Positions 35,539-47,693 of a stretch of 64,000 nt of DNA are shown here, in pieces. This DNA comes from Takakia lepidozioides (taxonomy: Eukaryota > Plantae > Bryophyta), in assembly GCA_030704615.1 (NCBI GenBank), contig CM060731.1:63364001-63428000 (forward strand), read 5' to 3'. A model generated the notes under the pieces. The model did not search any database and was not told the origin of the DNA. It worked only from the letters and a program-made list of their open reading frames with translations. The translations under genes and the position numbers were made by a program. Position 1 is the first letter of the stretch, and the number at the start of each line of letters is the position of its first letter.

Positions 35539-36953
35539 AGGAACATCAAACGTCAACCTCGTCGCCAATTGTGGTTCTCTTTTAGCAGAACGCACCTCAA
35601 TAGAGGCCCCCACATCACTTGTCGGGAGTCCCAGCTTCCGTGCCGTTGCCGGTGTCATGAAGGAGTGTGACGCTCATGTGTCCACCAACAACGACACGTT
35701 AGTTCCGGAAATTATCCACTCACGAATAATAACTGACTCCCTTTACGCAGGGCGCCAGTTTTCTGATACAACTCACAAGAGTAGTTGCCTATCTTGCAAG
35801 TCTTGGCGACCACTGCTTCCACCAAGCGGCTGATGGAATCTTCCGACAGCTCTGTGGTCGCCTGAGTCATGTTCAATTGTCGGGGTTTTGTGCACTTCTT
35901 AGCCATGTGCCCGGGCTCCCCGCAATTAAAGCACACTCCATCGAAGGTCGCCTTTTATCCGCCATAAGCTGTCGCACCTGATTTTCCTTTCGGAGCACCG
36001 AGTGTCGTTTTGGCGTGTGAAGGCCCTCCCTTCGATTTCCACGTGCCATTGTTGCCACGTGGCCTATCCCACTTCTTTTCCGGTCGAAATGAGTCACCCT
36101 CCTGCCGGGTCTTCTTGTGGTTCAGCTCCGTACGGCCTTGTCTTTCGCCCCTAGAGACATCCAAGAAACTTTCAGCCCTCTCAATTGCCTCGTTCAAAGT
36201 CTTAGGTGGCTTCTTCTCCAACTTCCGCCTGGCCCGTGGGGCCAATCCCGCCACAAAGTTGAAGACCATTTCTGGTTCTGCCATGTCCGCGACTTCGAGC
36301 AACAACACATTGAAAGCCTGAACATATCCCCGAATGTCATCCGTTTGCTTCAAATTCCTCATCTTGTCCTGGGCGAGCCAGGACGCGTTGAGGGGCACAA
36401 ACTATCTCTTCATCAGTTCCTTGAACCCACTCCAGTTCAAGGTTTCCGGGTTTGGACCTCGGTCATGAAGGCGTTTCTGCCACCATTGTTGAGCATAGCC
36501 CCTCAAATAGGTGGGAGCCACTTCCACCCGATCCTCGTCACTCAACTTGGCCGCCCGGAAGTACTGCTCTAGCTCCAAGAGCCAAGTGTTGAGTGCCTTC
36601 CGATTTCGGACGCCCTCGAAGGTGCCGGGTTCCTTAGGCTTCACCTTAGACTTTGCCTTAGTGGAAGTGACATTAGCCGCCTTCAACACGTCTTTCAACG
36701 TCCCGCCAAACTGCGCCAACAACCCTTCCCAAAAGGCTGCTGGCATGGGAGACATCTGTTGGTCCGTCGGAGCTCTTAGGGATTCCTCGGGCTCCGACTC
36801 CTCAGATTCCTCCCGTTCTTGAGCGGCTTTGCTTTCAAAAGCATGCATCGCTTCCTCAAATGGCCGCTTCGGTGACACGTCGCCCCCATCGGGCTCATCA
36901 AGATCATCATCTTTCGGGCCGTTCCGCTTTGGCTTTGGTTTGCCCGACCCCAT
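35539..36953 (-). pseudogene. Ty3/gypsy gag, zinc knuckle and aspartyl protease (disrupted)
   Basis: PKEPGTFEG...WLLELEQYF...YLRGYAQQWW; LKQTDDIRGYVQAF; CX2CX4HX4C; DT*ASHSF. Confidence 0.9.
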
Positions 36954-36994
36954 GATGAGGCTGATCCCAAGGACGATCGCGTACTGAACTCTAA

Positions 36995-37006
36995 GCTCTG
37001 ATACCA
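36995..37006 (-). other. tRNA-iMet primer binding site
   Basis: TGGTATCAGAGC on the minus strand, 2 nt inside the LTR end. Confidence 0.9.
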
Positions 37007-37008
37007 AG

Positions 37009-37718
37009 TGTCGCACACCTCACTTCGGTAAGCTTCCCTTCAAGTCATAGTTACTCGCTTTGATGCGCGCGCCTAACTCCCAACCTGGCCGCCGGGCCAA
37101 CTCGGAGCTTCGATTGCTCACCGGGACATAACAGTCCCCCTTTACTCTTCCAAAAGACCCTCCACCAATTTGGTCCTAGTGGAAATTCCCTTGGGTAGAT
37201 GGCAGTCCGAAATAGCTCCCCACTCCTTGGTCGCTTTCCGGCTCGCTCGCTTACTCACTAGTTTTTGGTCACCAACGGGCTTGCACCGTTCTTGGGGTTA
37301 CTACTCCCTATATATACTTCTGTGACTATCTGCGGGGGTTTCACAAACAACCATGCCATTTTATGGCGAACTACCACGAAGACCCTCGATTCCCGGTGAT
37401 GAGTCGCGGTGAGTCTTGGCCCACCCACCACGGCCCCATTGGACTGTGATGAGTCCCAAGACTCCCCACGACTCCCACCACAAGGTCTCCGCCCCATGGT
37501 GAGTCCTATGCCACCCCCACTAAGTCCCACTAAGCTACCGCCACCCCCACCGCAACCCGGTGTGCGGGGCTCCACCTAGTGAGCGCCTCCGCCTCCTTGA
37601 GTGCCTTGGGCACTCAAGGGTGCTTCAGCCCCCACATCTATTGTTGCCACTGCCCCCACCATAGGGGCAGCCCCACTCGTGTCCCGACCTCCTGCCCTCA
37701 AGGCAAATGGCCGCGACA
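37009..37718 (-). repeat. long terminal repeat (5' LTR, 710 bp)
   Basis: TG...CA ends with short inverted repeat TGTCGC/GCGACA, TATA-like tatatata ~37308, adjacent PBS. Confidence 0.85.
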
Positions 37719-39034
37719 ATATGCACCTAACAAGTGGGAAGTAAGCCCATAATTGCACTTGACTGAAGGACGGATTCTGACTGATTCTGATTCTAGCGGA
37801 AGGAGATCAGAGTGCTATCCCAATTCTGGTGTGGGTGGTGGAGCTTCTCCAGAGCTTGAAAATGGGAGTGCATACAATTTGTAATGTGATTAGAGGGGCA
37901 GCCCTGTGCGTAAGTTAGTTCAGCATCTTAAAGTTGGACATGTTTCCTGTAGTGCTGCTTCAGATAGAGCCCTGACTAACTTGCATGGATGCTGTCGAAA
38001 ACTAGCCTTAACCCACCAGGATCCAATCCCATGGCGGCTGCTTGAAAGTTCACATAGTAATTGTAATGGTATTTGGGTATTCTGTTACTGATTGATGCAA
38101 CATGACTCCACTAGACTGCATGGAGTTCAAGGTTGGGGTACAGTCCACCTACTCCACCTACTTCAGAACACAATTGCTGTAGTTTGAGACCAGATTTGGG
38201 AGTATGTATCAAACAATGGTCCATAAACTCATGCAACAGTCACTGATCCTGCTTGTACATGGAAGCAGGTGTTGGTCGATGGCATGACTCCAGTGTTCTC
38301 AATAACTCCTTGAGCTGCTGATCGCAAACATGCCGAAAGCTCTTCTAAATTCCACTTTCAAGAAAAGTGAACGTCTTTTTCTCTTGCTTCCAGCAGCCGT
38401 CCAATATCTCATATTTGGACCCAAAATCTTGTGAAGGAAGCTCTTGTTGGTTCAATTAACTAGACTAAGGGATATGTGAATATGAGTGGAAGAAAACATA
38501 AAATAAAATAAAATCACTAAAAGTGCCTGCCGTAACGTGTTTTTTTTTCTGGCGAATAATCGCCAGATTTCGACCTGGAAAATGGGTCAGCTACTTTTAC
38601 TAAGGAATTCTGGGTTTTACCAGGGTCCTGCTCCCTTTCCTTAAATAAAAAATATAAAAAAACTTCTGGGATTAAAAATCAAGAAAATCGCCAGAAAGCG
38701 CCAAAGGATAAATACCAGGAGCCAGGTTTGTCCTACGTGGACCTGTTAAAATATGACACCTGTAATATAGCCTCTTTTCCAGCTCTGTCACCTCGTTATT
38801 CTCGCCACATGGGCGTTGGGTAGAATCTACATGTCGCCCTGCCTGCGATTTTGGAAAAGTGAAAAACAACACAATGCCGTTCACCATAAACCGTCCAATA
38901 AATAAATAATCCTCGCAGGGGCTATTCCTTGAGGTAAAAAACAGTGAGAAGATTGAACCGGCCAATGGGGACGGAGGGCATCCATGTTCGAATGTGTGAA
39001 ATATGAGGACATGTGTAGAGGCTAGCATAGATAA

Positions 39035-39205
39035 TAATAATATTTGACGCCTTTGGAAGGAAGCATAAATTATGTGGTCTCTTCACCCCAAAAGGTTACT
39101 ACCTTTCCGCTATGAAGGTGACACCTTTGAGACACCAAGGGTGGATTGAACTCACAACCACTTCCGAGGTGGTATGTGCCCATTACCACTAGGCTACAAC
39201 TTGGT
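39035..39205 (-). mobile_element. tRNA-derived SINE-like remnant
   Basis: Minus strand has A-box-like TAGCCTAGTGG and B-box-like GAGTTCAATCC at tRNA-like spacing, then an AT-rich tail; no full cloverleaf. Confidence 0.45.
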
Positions 39206-39438
39206 TGTGGGCTAGCCTAGAAATAGGATGGGGCTGACAAAGTATGGCTGGACAATGGGGAAGTGGCATACGATGCACCCAGAATGAACAAACATATGTG
39301 GGCACATATTCTCTATTGGACTCAATTTCATTATTCTACAAGTTCAGCACACGGTCATTTTAGTCATAAAATCTCTGCCTACAATCCAAAACCCGCATTT
39401 TAAATATGTGCTTCACTTTTCAGCCCAATCAGTCTTAA

Positions 39439-40261
39439 CCCTTAAGTTCCAAAGCGACCTGAATCGGGGTCACCTTGAATTTGAGGTTCGACCTAATTTT
39501 TGCAGATCTAATCTGATGGGGCCCACTCCTGAAGCTTTAATGACAAGGGATTTGTCTCGAGTACGATGCAAGAAACAAAACTAAAAAAAAACAAAAGCTG
39601 CGACCTACAAAAAATATCTTAGATCTCATTTTTACGTTTTGGGCTTGAAAAGGGCTTGTTGACCGCTGACGTGGCAGTAAAACAAGCCCAAAACAGATTG
39701 CACTCCAAAGGCCATTTTGGGCAGAAAATTAGCAATTTTGGAAAAAGCACTTCACCTTGTGGTGTGTGAGCATTACATACACACATCCACCATTGGCTTT
39801 CAAAATTTTTGTAGAAAAAAAAGTACTTCATTTGGAGGCACATTTTCTCTTGTCAATTTTGAGATTTCAACCCCCATGTAATTGCATGCATAGCAAGCAT
39901 AGGTGAAAAAATCAGTTGGACCTGCAATTTAGTGGGGTCATAGCCACTCCACTATTGATTTGGAAATGGTGGGTCTTAGGGCAAGCAAAATTGAATAAAG
40001 CTAGGTTTTGATTTGGTCAAACCAATTTCTTTCTCACTTTTTCTTTGGGACCTGATATTTGAGGTCTGGGCCAACGCTATAATCTCACAATTTCCACGGT
40101 GGACTTGGCTCATTTTTTGGTATGTCATGCATAAATGAGCTGCGCCCACTACTATAGGATGGAATCTCTGGATGATTTTTGGTAGGTTTCTAGGGGCAAT
40201 TTACCGCAGCTGGGTACCCAAAATTGATAAAAAGTCAAAAAAGGGCTTGGGAACTTAAGGG
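39439..40261. mobile_element. second piggyBac-like non-autonomous element, 823 bp
   Basis: TTAA (39435-39438) CCCTTAAGTTCCAAAGC ... GCTTGGGAACTTAAGGG TTAA (40262-40265); TIRs match 16/17. Confidence 0.8.
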
Positions 40262-41187
40262 TTAACTCTTTAGCCTCAATAGTCTCTACAGACAAACATT
40301 TGATAAAGCCCTTTGTGACATGATATTTTTAAACAATTTTGTATATTTGTAAATATTTTATAAAGTTTTTATTCCCTTCCTTTCCCTCTCCACCTTATAT
40401 TTCAGAAATTTTTGCTATATTCTTTCTTCATTAATAAAAACTTAGTGAATTTATTTCCCTCACCCATTCTAATAGCAATTATATCGGCTCTCATATGCGC
40501 TATGTTAAAATCATAAATCTTATAACTTTTCTGTTCTATCTCTCTCCTCCATTCAACACTCAGTTACTATTTGTCACTGGTAGTGCGGGGCATCGCCAAG
40601 CCCTAGTTGTACTTTGGGCTGTATATGAGTATGGTATTTGAGTATGAGTATGAGTATGAGTATGAGTATTGGTATTGCCCTTTCTCTGTAGTCATACTGA
40701 GGGGATATGAGCACTGGTATGGTATTTCTACAGCTCACCATACATACAAATAAATGTCATTTAGCACATAGCTAATTGTAATCAAGCCATGAAACACTAG
40801 GCAAAGGTAACCCAAAGTAGCGCGAAACAGCAAATGAAGTTTGAATTGCAACATGGAGCCTTGAATTAACCAAATTGTAATACAGCGTATAACTAGCTGC
40901 ACTAATATATATTCATACCTACCTCCATTCGCCATGAACTCACCGCAATACTGGTATCGGGACCATTCTATGCCTCCGTATACCCAGACTGGTATCGTAT
41001 GTGTGGCTAAAGACATACTCCCCCCAGTACGTGTATCACATGGGTACACTGGTATGTTCTTCAATATATATATTCATACCTGTATTCCACACCTAGGTTC
41101 AACCAGGTATACCAGTCCAACGCTGGCCTTTCCATCGTTGGTGCATCGTGTTAGTGCTACGAAGGCCATCGCTCACATGCGGAGCGG

Positions 41188-41377
41188 ATGGGAGAGCCAA
41201 TAATCGAGTCCCTACATTCTGTATGCTGTGAAGGGGCGGAAAGACTTACATCATGCAACGGATTAGTGGGCCAAACTGTGGAGGTCAAATGCGTATCCAG
41301 CTTGGCAAATTCTGGCGCCAAAGTTTTGGCAGTGATGGATATGATGCCTCACCAGCTTGCAGGGATGCAGGAGAAAG
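41188..41377 (+). CDS. putative first exon of PDF-PPR-DYW gene 1 (reading frame unresolved)
   Basis: Homologous to 46743-46965 upstream of gene 2; both end in AG|GTAT donors. Confidence 0.4.
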
Positions 41378-42252
41378 GTATAGGCATGTAGCTAGACATG
41401 GAAATTCACTAAACCGAATGTGCTATTTTCGCCTTTTTTATAACGACATCAGACCGCCTAACGTAGGCACCATCAAACTGTCTCTACCCAGAGTAGGAAG
41501 AGCATTAGTGTCTCCTTAAAGGTGAGTCCTTTCGTATAAGCTCATAGATCCATCAAACCACTCAGAGCGGAAACAAGAGTAGTATGTGTACACAATCAAC
41601 ACATGTAAGGTTCTTCATATTGCCATACCAAGCAGCCCTTCAAAGTATGTAAGGAGTCTGGGGTCTTGGTTGAAGTCATAGTTCAGCAGTAAGGTGTCAG
41701 CTGTTGCCTGCTCCTCTTTCATGTCCAGGCTTTCTAACCTTATAGGCCTGCTGCTTTAGGTCAAGATCCAAACTAAACCCTAGTGAGTCATCCCCTTATC
41801 CTCCGTTCTAGAAAAAACTATCTGAACGGAATAAAGGGATCTGGCAATTCTCGAGTGTTGTTAGCCACATTCAAGAAAAGAAAGAGAAAAAGAGGGAGAG
41901 AGGTAAAAATCCTCAAGCCTTTCATTTTGAGGTTTCCTAATTCTGAGACAAGGCATTGGCTACAGTAGATCAGCCAAGAGAGCAATGTACATCAACTGGA
42001 TCATGTAGAAGGTGTACACATATACCCTAGTGTGTTGCTGCTACAGGGCCTAGTACAAGATATCATGGTTGGCCATCAAATGTCTACCAGCAGAAATGTA
42101 CGAGCAACTCACAAAACAGTTTCTCAATCACCACGACAGGATTAAGTAATCCAAGAATAGTCCTAGCCATGTATTCAAGGATAGAAAGGGAGAGAAAGTA
42201 TGAAGGATAAGACAAATCTTGAGTGTTGTTACAAAGAACACAGCCACATTCA

Positions 42253-42255
<3 letters not shown>

Positions 42256-42324
<69 letters not shown>
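42256..42324 (+). repeat. (GA)~34 microsatellite
   Basis: Pure dinucleotide run. Confidence 0.98.
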
Positions 42325-42326
<2 letters not shown>

Positions 42327-42468
42327 AACTTGGAAAACCAAACTAGCATTGCTCAGTAAGACCTAGATCATTAGGAGCTGCTTATATTTAATATCTAGCA
42401 CTCATCAAGTGAGATGAGACAATGAAAAACAGGCAAAGTTTTCATGTTCTTGCAACACTTGCACACAG

Positions 42469-45400
42469 GCCAAGCAATGGGCATAGGACGGCTCTGGCAG
42501 CAATTCTTCTCAGACCCTTCACAGTGGTGGGACAACAGGTTCCACAAGGTGAGGCTATCTTCATTTAGGATGTGAAGAGATGTTATGATGGTTTGTGACT
42601 GAAGCTGGCATGATGTAGTTTGGTTGGATTGCATCTTCAGTTGCTCAGATTATGAAGTAAATATCTGCATGTTCTCACTATATTATTTGTCCTGCCTTTC
42701 AAGCCTTGGGTGTGTCTAGTGAAAAATCTCAATGTTGGTATAAAGAAAGTTGTTCTTCCTTGTTGGCAGGACATGAAGCAGGATAATCAAGTTTATTCCC
42801 TCTTATATGAAAGATGCTTTGGTGGCTTTAGCCGGGTCTATGCGAGGCTGTGGTTGAAGCTGTGCCTGCTCAGCTGCCCACTGGTGGTTTTCACAGAGAA
42901 GTCCAAGCTCACCGGACTTCAGACATAAGCGCACAAAGGAGGCCCTTTGGATGGAGAGTTGGTCAAACCCTCCCTGGGTGAAAGCAGAGCTGGCTGCCAT
43001 GGTACAACGTCAAGCACAATGTGGTGATGTGAGGACACTATGTAAGGCAGGGAGACTGAAAGAGGCCCTGTGTATTTTAAACCAAGTAGACACTTTTGCA
43101 GACTCCAATACATATGCTTGTCTCTTGCAGGTTTGCATCAACAGGCAAGGCCTAGCAGAGGGAAAGCAGGTGCATGCTCACATCATCCAAAGTGGGTTCA
43201 AGCCAAACATCTTTCTACTCAACACCCTTGTAAACATGTATGCAAAGTGCGGGAGTGTGGTGGCTGCACGCCAAGTGTTTGATGAAATGCCTGAACATGA
43301 TATGGTTACGTGGAATATAATGATAGCAGGATATGCAAAGCATGGATGTGGTAGGGATGCCATTGGGATCTATGAGCAAATGATACAGGAAGGGGTGTTA
43401 CCCGACAGGGTCACATTTATTTGTGTTCTCAAAGCATGTGCTAGTCAGGCAGCCCTGGAAAAGGGCATAACGGTCCACTCTGATATGCTCAAATCTGGAA
43501 TTGAGATAGACATCACTCTAGAGAATACCCTTGTCGACATGTATGCCAAATGTGGGAGCTTAAGGATATCGCGTCAGGTGTTCGACAATATGGCTAAGCG
43601 AGATGTGGTGTCATGGAATGCAATGGTCACAGGATATGTTCTGAATGGTTGTGAGAGGGAGGCTTTCGAGATGTATGAGCAAATGATCCAGGAAGAAGTG
43701 ACACCCAATGAGGTCACTTTCATTTGCCTTCTCAAGGTGTGTGCCAGTGTGGCAGCCCTGACTAAGGGCATAAAGGTTCACGCTGCCATCATCAAAGCTG
43801 GAATTACACCAGATATCATTTTGGAAAGTACCCTTGTTGACATGTATGCAAAATGCGGGAGCATAACTGATGCGCGTCGAGTGTTTGACACAATGGCTAG
43901 ACGAGACGTAGTGTCTTGGAATGTGATGATAGCAGGATATGGTCAGCATGGATGCACTAGGGAGAGCCTCGAACTATTTGAAGAAATGCAACAGGAAGGC
44001 TTGAAGCCGACTGTGGCCTCATGGAACGCGATGATCACAGGATACGCCCAGCATGGAGCTGGTAGGGATGCTTTGGAGATGTATGGGAAAATGATACAAG
44101 AAGGGGTGACGCCTGACAGTGTCACATACATTTCTGTCCTCAATGCATGTGCCAGCCTGGCAGCACTGGAGGAGGGAAAAGTGGTCCATGCTGACATTAT
44201 CAAAGCTGGAATTGCACGGGATGTCATACTGGATACTGCCCTTGCTGACATGTATGCTAAATGCGGGAGCATGAAGGATGCACGCCAAGTGTTTGACAAT
44301 ATGGGTCAACGAAATGTGGTCTCATGGAACGCAATGATTGCAGGATATTTTCAACATGGGTGTGCTAGGGACGCCCCGCAACTATTGAAACAAATGCAAC
44401 AGGAAGGCCTGAAGCCGGATGTGGTCTCATGGAATGCCATGATCGCAGGATATGCTCAGCATGGGTGTGAAGGGGAGGCTTTGGCAACATATGGGCAAAT
44501 GATCGGGGAGGGGGTGGCACCGGACAAGGTCACATTTATTTGCATTCTCAATGCGTGTGCCAGCCTGGCAGCCCTGGAGAAGGGCCGAGAGGTCCATGCT
44601 GACGTCATCAGATGTGGAGTTGTGGCGGATGTCATTCTGGAGACTGCCCTTGCTGATATGTATGCCAAATGCGGGAGCATGAAGGATGCACGTCAAGTGT
44701 TTGACAATATGAGACAACAAAATGTGGTCACATGGAGTGCGATGATTGCTGGGTATGCTCGGCATGGGGGTGGTAGGGAGGCCCTCCAACTATTTGAACA
44801 AATGCAACAGGGAGGCTTGAAGCCAAATGGTATCACCTTTATATGTGTCCTCTCTGCATGTAGCCATATGGGTCTAGTGAATGAAGGGTATTACTACTTT
44901 AATTCCATGATCCAAGATCATGGCCTTACCCCTACAGTGGAGCATTTTGGCTGCATGGTAGACCTTCTTGGTCGTGCAGGGCGGTTGGAGGAGGCGGAGG
45001 AATTCATTAACGAAATGTCAATTGAACCAGATACTTCAGTGTGGGGGGCCTTACTTGGTGCATGCAGAATTCATGGCAATGTGGCGGTAGCTGAACGTGC
45101 AACAAAATGCCTTCTCAAGTTGGATCCAGGGCAAGCTGCAACATATGTACTACTATCGAACATCTATGCCGCTGCTGGCAGGTGGTATGACACAGCAAAG
45201 GTGAGAAAAATGATGGAGGTCAGAGGTGTCAGAAAGGTGCCGGGGCACAGCTGCATTGATGTGAAAAAACAGGTCCATACATTCGTTGTAGATGACAAAA
45301 TGCACCCACAAATTGAGGAAATTCATGCTGAGCTGAAGAGATTGTCTGGGCCACTGAAGAAAGCTGGGTATGTGCCTGACACTCGCTTCATATTGCATGA

Positions 45401-45647
45401 TGTGGAGGAGGATCAAAAAGGGTTTTGTCTTTGCTACCACAGTGAGAAGCTGGCCATTGCCTTTGGGCTGATCAGCACACCCCCTGGGACAACTCTCCGC
45501 ATCATCAAGAACCTTCGGATGTGTGGTGACTGCCACACGGCCACCAAGTTCATCACAATGGTTGTTGGGCGAGCAGTCGTTGTTCGGGATGCCAACCGCT
45601 TTCACCACTTCCAAGATGGGGGTTGTTCCTGCGGAGATTACTGGTGA
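42469..45647 (+). CDS. PLS-class PPR-E-DYW RNA editing factor with N-terminal OSB-type PDF motif; exons 42469-42548 and 42897-45647 (plus a probable upstream exon)
   Basis: 898-aa ORF of P-L-S repeats, E domain, PG box [31 protein letters not shown]; upstream GT-AG exons give LWQQFFSDPSQWWDNRFHK|RSPSSPDFRHKRTKEALW in frame. Confidence 0.93.
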
Positions 45648-46742
45648 AACAAAGCAACATGCATAAAAAACTTTGCCTCAAACCTGGCCTGGGGAGAGAG
45701 GTGATAATATTGCTTCTGTGACCCCCCAGTGAAGTCAGTGAATACCTTTTTGGAGAGGTTGTCAGCAAGGTACACAATGTATGGTTAGCAGGGGCATTCT
45801 CCTCTTGGTGTCAAAATGGCGGGGCTTCCAACCCAGCTTTACCATCATCTACTCTATAACACGAAACAACACTCTTGATTCATCAAGAAAACCCCAGCAA
45901 GTCCAGCAATGTTTCATCCTAATCTACACCAAATCACCAAATCATTATTTGGAGCTTTTAGCTCCCTATAACCCACATGTGACTTAACCTACTTCATCCT
46001 GTGGCGCTTCAAGGAGTTGTTGTTTGTGTCCAAATTCTAACAACCCTATCTCTAGAGGCCGATCATGTTTTCCATCCCTCAGACAGTGTGTGATACTCTC
46101 CCCCTTAGTCAAAAGTTTAAAGCTACATGGATAAAGAGGGCCTTGTCTTGAACCATAGATATTCCTCTCAAATATTTATGAGTACAATCCTTGTCGAACA
46201 AGATGTAGAACAAGCAAAGATCCATCCTGAGGCACCAACCTCTGCATGGGACTGACTGCTGAGACTCCACGAAAGAGTTGAGAGTGATATCTTCTTTGAA
46301 TAAGCTCAAGTTGTTCACTAGCCTATGTCTCGCGCCATTATCATTCCAGCCTCTCAGCCTGAAAATGGAGTTTTTCATCATATATAGTCAAAAGGTGAAG
46401 TAGCTTCTTCTCTGTCTTCTTACTTGTACAAAAGATTGATGTGGTGTCCCACCTTTTAGTAGGGACTCAGTAGACACCATAAACAGATTACATACCAAAG
46501 GCATTCAGAAGGAAACATGAGGGCAAGTAGTGGAAATCTATCATAAAGTTTCCCTCTTGGGGTGCTTGTGCAGCACATAGTGAAGGAAACATGGCAGCCT
46601 TGAGAGGGAACTTTGTGAGCCGTGAGGCAAACAGACAAGAGCCCCAACCCCAAGGCAGACGATCGTCCCACAGGCATAGTTGGATGAATATGAGAAACGA
46701 AAAAATCAAGTCTATTGAGTCGAGGAGGAGCGAGGGAGAGCG

Positions 46743-46965
46743 ATGGCAGCGAGCTCGGCCGCCTCGGTGCAGGCGCAGGGAGGGGCCATGCCCACGGTCT
46801 TGTCTTCTCTTTGCACTCAAGGGGATGGAAGCAGCACGTCATGCAGCAGAGGAGCTGGGCAGGCTGTGGAGGGAGCATCGACATCCACCTTGGCAATGCC
46901 TTGTCCCAAACCTCTGAGAGAGGTGGCTATGACTCCTCCCCAGTCTCCAGGGGTAGCCAAGAGAG
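46743..46965 (+). CDS. putative first exon of PDF-PPR-DYW gene 2 (reading frame unresolved)
   Basis: Homologous to 41188-41377; donor AG|GTATGG; the frame from ATG 46743 is phase-compatible with the exon at 47694. Confidence 0.4.
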
Positions 46966-47693
46966 GTATGGGCGGGAAAATTCGCTCCTTTTTCATTGTT
47001 TTTCCTCTTTCAGGTCTGTAAACTACTTGTGTAGGAGTGATCCAAGCTTCATACTGCCTTGACCCATCTTGCATATTCCGCAACCCGCTTGATCGCAAAT
47101 GTTCATACGTAAGTTTTACCGCACCGTTGTCCTTCATCCATGTTCTCCTTCACTGTCTGCTGATTTCGGAATTTTTGGATGTGCTTATCTTTTTTCTCTT
47201 CATTGTATCCGTGTTCGAAGAATTGCTTGCACTGCAAGTATCAAGAGGTGCAAGCATTTTATACCACTTCTTCATGTAGAAGGCAATCATGATGTGAAGG
47301 AAACAATTGCCAGTCATACTGAGGGATGGATCTCTCATTGACAATTCCCTGGGAATGTTGGCTATGACAGGGCATAGTCCCGGAGCCCAGTTGTGGGGCC
47401 ACCAATATATGGAACTCGGTCCGCAAACGCCATAGTGCTCGTCCACAGCTATCGACAATCTGGTTGCCGGGAATTATGTATTGATTTAAGGACTGGTATT
47501 GACATCGCGCTAGGAAAGTTTTGTGCTGATTAATGCCTTGAGAGAGGGAGTGTGAAATACGGACATCTATCGAAAGCCTACACTAGCCTTCCTCAACGAG
47601 ACCTAAGTCAATTAGAAGCTGTTAAAGGCCCATGTTCAGCAGTAGGGATCTTAATAAAGACCGATGCAAATTTTGTGTATTTCCTGCATGCAG

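Larger units (their letters stand above)
34824..37718 (-). mobile_element. rearranged Ty3/gypsy LTR retrotransposon: 5'LTR-PBS-gag-protease (minus) fused to an inverted RT-end/RNase H fragment (plus)
   Basis: LTR 37009-37718 (TGTCGC...GCGACA); PBS TGGTATCAGAGC; gag with CFNCGEPGHMAKKC; protease LVDT*ASHSF; plus-strand HTDASDFAIGGVLMQ...NVVANALSR; ATATG flanks at 34819-34823 and 37719-37723. Confidence 0.9.

Noticed and set aside
39134-39209. tRNA gene
   Set aside because: A and B boxes are present but there is no convincing acceptor or anticodon stem; treated as SINE-like.
40330-41130. Helitron 3' end (~40585-40607) and a CTGGTAT-rich MITE-like segment related to 13108-13265
   Set aside because: Probably repeats, but the termini and TSDs could not be defined with confidence.
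46020-46460. Copia PPT/LTR remnant between the PPR genes
   Set aside because: Only a PPT-like AAGGGGGAG on the minus strand; no paired LTR, TSD or coding evidence.
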